NCBI RefSeq assembly: GCF_009914755.1
Contig: NC_060931.1
Reading direction: 5' to 3' (one strand)
From: the human T2T-CHM13v2.0 reference genome, Homo sapiens
Length of the DNA stretch: 64,000 nucleotides
Below the pieces are notes generated by a model. That model worked only from the letters and a program-made list of their open reading frames with translations. It was not told where the DNA came from and made no database searches. This document shows positions 58,250 through 64,000 of this stretch, piece after piece. The first letter of the stretch is position 1. Every line of letters begins with the position of its first letter. The translations under genes and the position numbers were made by a program.

Positions 58250-58628
58250 TGTTATTTAGGATTACGTTCAACTGTGAGAAACAGAAAATCCCCAAATAAC
58301 CGTGGCTTAGACCAAAAGGTAAATTTGTTTCCTTCTCACATTTTTAAATGGAGTCCAGAGGCAGCTGCCCAAGGCGGGTATGGCACCTCCGTGATCGTCA
58401 AGACTGGGGCTCCATCTGTATTACTACTCCTCCACCTTAGCATGCTCCCTCGTGTTTCAGAATGGCTGCTTGAGTGCCAGTGATCACATCTGCATGGCAT
58501 TCAGCAGAAGAGATAAAGAACTCTTTCTTTAAGGACACTTAAATTTTTTGACATCCTTGAGTCATAGGGACATCTTTAAAAGTTACACAGTACTCCTCCT
58601 TACACCTCATTGGACAAGGCATGGTCAA
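58250..58628 (-). mobile_element. MLT1I/J-like LTR, followed by a MIR at about 58630-58700
   Basis: caactgtgagaaacagaaaatcccaaataaccgtggctta...cctcattggac. Confidence 0.65.
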
Positions 58629-58705
58629 ACCTCATCAGTAAAATGGAGACTGTAACACCTACTTCATAGTGTTATTATACAGATTAAATGAGATTTTAAA
58701 AAATA

Positions 58706-59321
58706 TATGGCAGATTAAAGTCAGCTACAAGTTCTTGGATGTCCCTCCCATTGAGAGGTGAGGACTGTGTCTGTTCCTCCTTGACTCTGGATGAACTCTG
58801 CAACTGCTTTGACTAGTAGACTACGGCAGAAGTGATGCTGTGGTCCCCGCTCAGCACTGCTTCATGTTGGAGGACAACCCAGTCACCCTTTGTTGAGTGA
58901 CTTTCTGAGGCTTAGTATTACAACACAAGTTTGAATTATTCTTCCTTTCTTGTAATTTCTTAGACTGAGTTAGAAAAATATCCATATTTATACTCGATTT
59001 CCACTCTTGGAACACTTGCTTTTGGAAGCCAGCTGCCATCTAAGTATGACTACTCTGAAACCGCCGTGCTGTGAGGAACCCGAGCCATGTAGAGACTGCG
59101 GCCAAGAAGCACCGAGGTGCCAAACGTGTGAGTGAAGAAACCATCTTGGAACTCCATCATCTAGCAGCTGTCTTAGTGGATACCATGTAGATCCTAGACA
59201 AATTGCCCAGCTAAGATCTTTCCAAATTCCTGACCCACCAAATCATGAGCAAAATAAAACAGTTGTTTGAAGTCACTGAGTTTGGGGGCCAGTTTGTTCT
59301 GCAGCAATAGGTGATGGAACA
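58706..59321 (+). mobile_element. MLT1G/H-like LTR containing a foreign insert
   Basis: ctcccattgagaggtg...gcagaagtgatgctgtg, then aattcctgacccac...gcagcaataggtgatggaaca. Confidence 0.75.
58876..58995 (+). repeat. About 120-bp direct duplication, copy 1
   Basis: Homologous to 60641-60757 plus 61068-61072. Confidence 0.9.
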
Positions 59322-59549
59322 TTATACGAAGCGTGTGGTGGGCACCCAGCTATGGCGCTGGCCCTGACTCGGGGTTAGCAGGAGCACTCCCATGAATCCT
59401 GGGGAGCTCTGCAGCAGGCACATGCCTCCTGTGAAAAACAATGGACATTAATAAGGAAACACATCTATTACACTATCAAAATTTTACATTGTAATTATTT
59501 TCATAAGAGTAATTTGATTTAATCGGCTTCTTTTATAACACCGTGTATT

Positions 59550-59860
<311 letters not shown>

Positions 59861-60640
59861 TTACTTTATCCAGTTGAAAACCTCATGCTGAGATTGGGTC
59901 TATAGACTTCACTAAACTTCCAAGAAAATTCATAACAAAAGAAAGGAATCAGAAAAAAAAAAAAAGAAATTAGGAATCCCTGCTGGGGATGTCAGAGCCA
60001 CCAGATGAAAGGAACTTAGATCCCTGGATAATTGCATAAAACAGGGTCCCCTCCCTACAATGCTCCCCACCTACTTAGAGTGGACTGTGATATGAGTTTA
60101 TAATATGCTTTTATTCTGTTAAGTCACTGAGATTTTGGAGTTATATTGTTTAGCCTACTCTTCCTAGTGCAGTGTGTCTAATTATAGAAGAATACATTTA
60201 TACCCACCCAAAAAAGCCTACCAAAAAGCCCAATATGAGAACAGAAGTTTAGCTATGTTCATATAAAAAGACAAGAGTGGCTCTGGAAGACAGACTGTAA
60301 CCTGTCTCATAGACGACCTCAGCCTGGGGCCGTGCTGCTCCAGAGTCCCTCCTGGCCCTGGCTGCACTCTCTCCCCTGATGCAGTCTCTTGGGCTCCTGA
60401 TCTGTTCCTTACAGCTGACCCTTTGCCTGTTCTAGGCGTCTTCCAGGTTTTCTGAGGGCCACTACTGTTCAGTGTTGAGCCCTCACTGCCTTCAAGCACT
60501 GGCATCTGCCCCTCTTTGGCTCTGTTTGGTCTCCTTGGCTTCACCCTGAGCCTCATTCTTGGCCATGGCCAAGCTTTCCTGGTCTGGCTCCCATCCAGCA
60601 CCCAGTGCCCCCTGCCCAATATCGCCTGATGCTCAAGCAT

Positions 60641-60757
60641 AACCCAGTCACCTTTGGTTGAATGACCTTCTGAGGGTTAGTACAACGCTAGTTTGAATTA
60701 TTTTTCCTTTCCCCTAATTTCTTTGAGCAGACTAAGTTAGAAAAATATCCATATGTA
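60641..60757 (+). repeat. About 120-bp direct duplication, copy 2, interrupted by an AluY
   Basis: aacccagtcacc...agtttgaattatt...agttagaaaaatatccatat shared with copy 1. Confidence 0.9.
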
Positions 60758-61048
60758 GGCTGGGCGCGGTGGCTCACGTCTGTAATCCCAGCACTTTTGG
60801 AGGCTGAGGCGGGCGGATCACAAGGTCAGGAGATCGAGACCATCCTGGCTAACACAGTGAAACCCCATCTCTACTAAAAATACAAAAAAAAAAAAAAAAA
60901 ATTAGCCGGGCATGGTGGTGGGTGCCTGTAGTTCCAGCTACTCAGGAGGCTGAGGCAGGAGAATGGTGTGAACCCGGGAGGCGGAGCTTGCAATGAGCTG
61001 AGATCTCGCGACAGCGCGAGACTCTGTCTTAAAAAAAAAAGAAAAGAA
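60758..61048 (+). mobile_element. AluY-like with a roughly 20-nt deletion near its 3' end
   Basis: 19-bp TSD agaaaaatatccatatgta at 60739-60757 and 61049-61067. Confidence 0.95.
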
Positions 61049-61259
61049 AGAAAAATATCCATATGTATACTCTCACCTATGCATGTTATCTATCATATAT
61101 TACATGAAAGGAAAAAAGACTAACATTTATAGACACTTTAATATGTAAATATTATAAATGTGGTATCATATATAATTGATACTATAAATACAGTAAGTCA
61201 GTGTGTTAAACACCTTTTCATTTCATGAAATACCCTTTTGAGGGAGGATTTGTAGTTGC

Positions 61260-61390
61260 ACATTTCCAAAGGAGAGAAAACATGAGACTCTGTAAGATTA
61301 AGTTATTGCCTAAGGTCACCTACCTACTGAGAAACAGAGCTGGGACTCTGAAATAGGTTTATCTTACCCAAAACCCATTCTCTTTTTGCT
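61260..61390 (-). mobile_element. MIR
   Basis: gattaagttattgcctaaggtcac...cagagctgggactctgaa. Confidence 0.7.
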
Positions 61391-61729
61391 CTGAAACATT
61401 GACTCTGACCACCCTAAACTGGGCTATGATTATTCAAATAGGCATATAGAGTTCTAGGTGAGCCTGAGAGAAATACAAAATTTGAACGTACAGGATCTGT
61501 TCTGAGATCAGAATGTTTACAATTTCTCTTGACAACTTGAATCATGGAACATACATGTGTTCATCATTTGCCAATGACATTAACTTGAGCAGTGGTCAAA
61601 AATAATGATGATGACATTTAATAATGACAAAACTTCTAAACAAAAAATGCAAATACAAACTTTAGAGGGCTAATTCTAGTGAGCTTGGCTGAAAATATTT
61701 TCACCTTCATGGTAGGCAACAGGTTAATT

Positions 61730-61743
61730 GTGACTCAGCAAAA
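61730..61743 (+). promoter_or_regulatory. Candidate NRF2/BACH1/NF-E2-sMAF element (ARE with embedded AP-1 site)
   Basis: gtgactcagcaaaa matches RTGACTCAGCA with an A/T-rich 3' flank; motif evidence only. Confidence 0.45.
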
Positions 61744-61886
61744 CAGCCCTGATATTACATTCTGATGTTGGTGAGTGTTGAATATCGTGTTCTTGTTTTT
61801 TAAAAGTATGAATCCAGGAGTTATTTAGCAAAAGCATGACATGAGGAAACCATGACATCATATTTTCATCTTTCCATTCTTTTCAG

Positions 61887-61936
61887 CCCTGGTCAGGACT
61901 TCATCGGATTATGTGGCCAGTTTGGAGACACTCATT
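61887..61936 (+). other. Candidate 50-nt exon, probably non-coding
   Basis: Acceptor tttccattcttttcag, donor att|gtaagt, upstream donor ttg|gtgagt at 61771. Confidence 0.3.
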
Positions 61937-62089
61937 GTAAGTAATAACTCATTGGGCATAGTCCAGGGCAAAGCAATAAAAATGATTAGCTTGGGGTGAA
62001 GAGCCACAAGAACAAAGCCCAGGGGAGAAGATTTATGGAGAAGCAGAAAAGATAAGTGATGAGGATGAAAAATCAGGAACTTCAGTCCG

Positions 62090-62405
62090 GTAGCAGTAGT
62101 CACATGTGGACCAGAGATCATCTGCATCAGCATCACCTGAGATGCATGTGTGAATGTAGATCTGTGAGAAAATCCCACACCTACGAAACCAAATTTCTTT
62201 GGGGTGGTGGACAGGTGGAGGCAAGCCGCCCAAGGATAATGCACACTGAAATTGAGAAACTTTGTGCCTCAGCTGCACTTTGAAATCACCTGAAGACCCA
62301 CCTCAGTGACTCTGATTAATTGGTCTGGGATGACCCCAGGGAATCAGACTTTTAAAAGATCCCCCAAGTGATTCTAATCTTCAGCCATCGTTGAGATGCT
62401 CTGCT
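62090..62405. mobile_element. MER5A-like plus MER5B-like hAT elements
   Basis: gcatcagcatcacctg; ctctgattaattggtctggg...gtgattctaat. Confidence 0.75.
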
Positions 62406-63165
62406 CTGTGCTATCAGCAAGCAGCTATCCAACTTCCATTGAATATTCGAGAAATGGTCTTATTCTATTTGTGAAACACTTTAATTAGATAATTCCCTAG
62501 CATTCATAGTGAGTCACCTTTCCAAGATAAATGTATTTTATTTTTATAACAGTGATTTGTCTGCTCTGGCAATCAGTACCCTGAGTCTCAGAGTTATTGT
62601 GAACAAAAGTGTTATTATTTTCTCTAGATTCTGGAGACCACACTGTCCCTTTCAGTCTGGCTTTTCTCACAAGGTGGCTGTGAGGGATGACAAAAATAAT
62701 TATAGAGTGCTTGTAAACCATGGTGTATGTCAGACCTGACATATGAATGAATGACCTGAGCCCCTTGGTCATAACTAGGTTTTCATCTTCAGCATCTTCA
62801 TTCCAGGTGCTAAACCTAGTCTTTGGGATTGAAGGCTATGACTGCAAGTTTATGTGAGAAACGTTTGATTAGGCTCAAGAGAACGTATACTTTCCCTGAT
62901 GGGGAAATGCCCTGGTAGGGCAACTATTCCACAGCACAAGAGGGGAGATTACTGCTGCAGATATTAGTCATTTGTGCTTTAGATTAAATTTAAATCCATT
63001 ACTGGGGATCCTTGCATTCTGAGCCCTTTCTGATGGTGTAACAATATTAACTGGCCCCTGAAAGTATTCAACTGAGTTTCTGGTAGAAGTTCTTCCCTTA
63101 AACTCTTGAAACTATACTTAAATAGTTGTCTTCTTTCTCTAGGGATGCATGATCTCGTACATTAG

Positions 63166-63345
63166 TTTTTTTTTTAATTGTGGTAAAATACACACAAAAT
63201 TTACTATCTTTACCATTTTTAAGTGTGAAACTCAGTGGTGTTTTGTACATTCACATTGTTTCGCAACCAATCTCCAGGGCTGTTTTCATCTTGCAAAACT
63301 GAAACTCTATACCCATTAAACAACTCCCCATTTCTCCTCTCAGCT
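63166..63345 (-). mobile_element. L1MB3-like 3' stub
   Basis: aattgtggtaaaatacac...tcatcttgcaaaactgaaactctatacccattaaacaactccccattt; flanks share acattagyttt. Confidence 0.85.
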
Positions 63346-63571
63346 GCACATTAGCTTTTGAACACCAGAGTTATCAGTTTAATTTACTCTTTAGAAAGTT
63401 TCCTAAAACTTATTGGCCTACAAAGTTTTACTCTGGTGTTAGCCACCTTTGCCAATCCAATCTTAAAGTATTTTTTTTACCCCCACAGGTCCACATATCA
63501 CTACGTTAAGACAACATGTATTTCAAAAACAAGTGTACTCTGGTTTACTTTAGTTAAAATGTCCATCCATT

Positions 63572-63998
<427 letters not shown>

Positions 63999-64000
63999 CT

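Overview
This is primate (very probably human) non-coding genomic DNA, intergenic or intronic; I cannot name the locus. I count about 50 Alu/FLAM copies or fragments, plus L1 pieces of several ages (L1PA4-like, L1PA13-like, L1M), L2 and MIR remnants, hAT DNA transposons (MER5, MER20, MER91A, MER102), many MaLR/ERVL LTRs and four ERV1 solo LTRs with 4-bp TSDs (LTR27/28/MER52-group, LTR10C, HERV-W LTR17, LTR15). I can support no protein-coding gene, tRNA, rRNA or CRISPR array. The ORF track is explained by Alu/L1 translation or chance. I found no new biological system. The most notable signal is a set of scars that ordinary retrotransposition does not explain: three short direct duplications 1.4-2.2 kb apart, an old L1M fragment captured inside a younger Alu, a fold-back duplicated AluJ, a serially re-copied patch in an L1, and an 85-nt hairpin. 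Possible regulatory items are a back-to-back ERV1 LTR pair and a perfect NRF2/sMAF ARE beside a candidate 50-nt exon near 61.7-61.9 kb. Subfamily names come from remembered consensus sequences and need RepeatMasker/Dfam confirmation. Boundaries of old elements are approximate.
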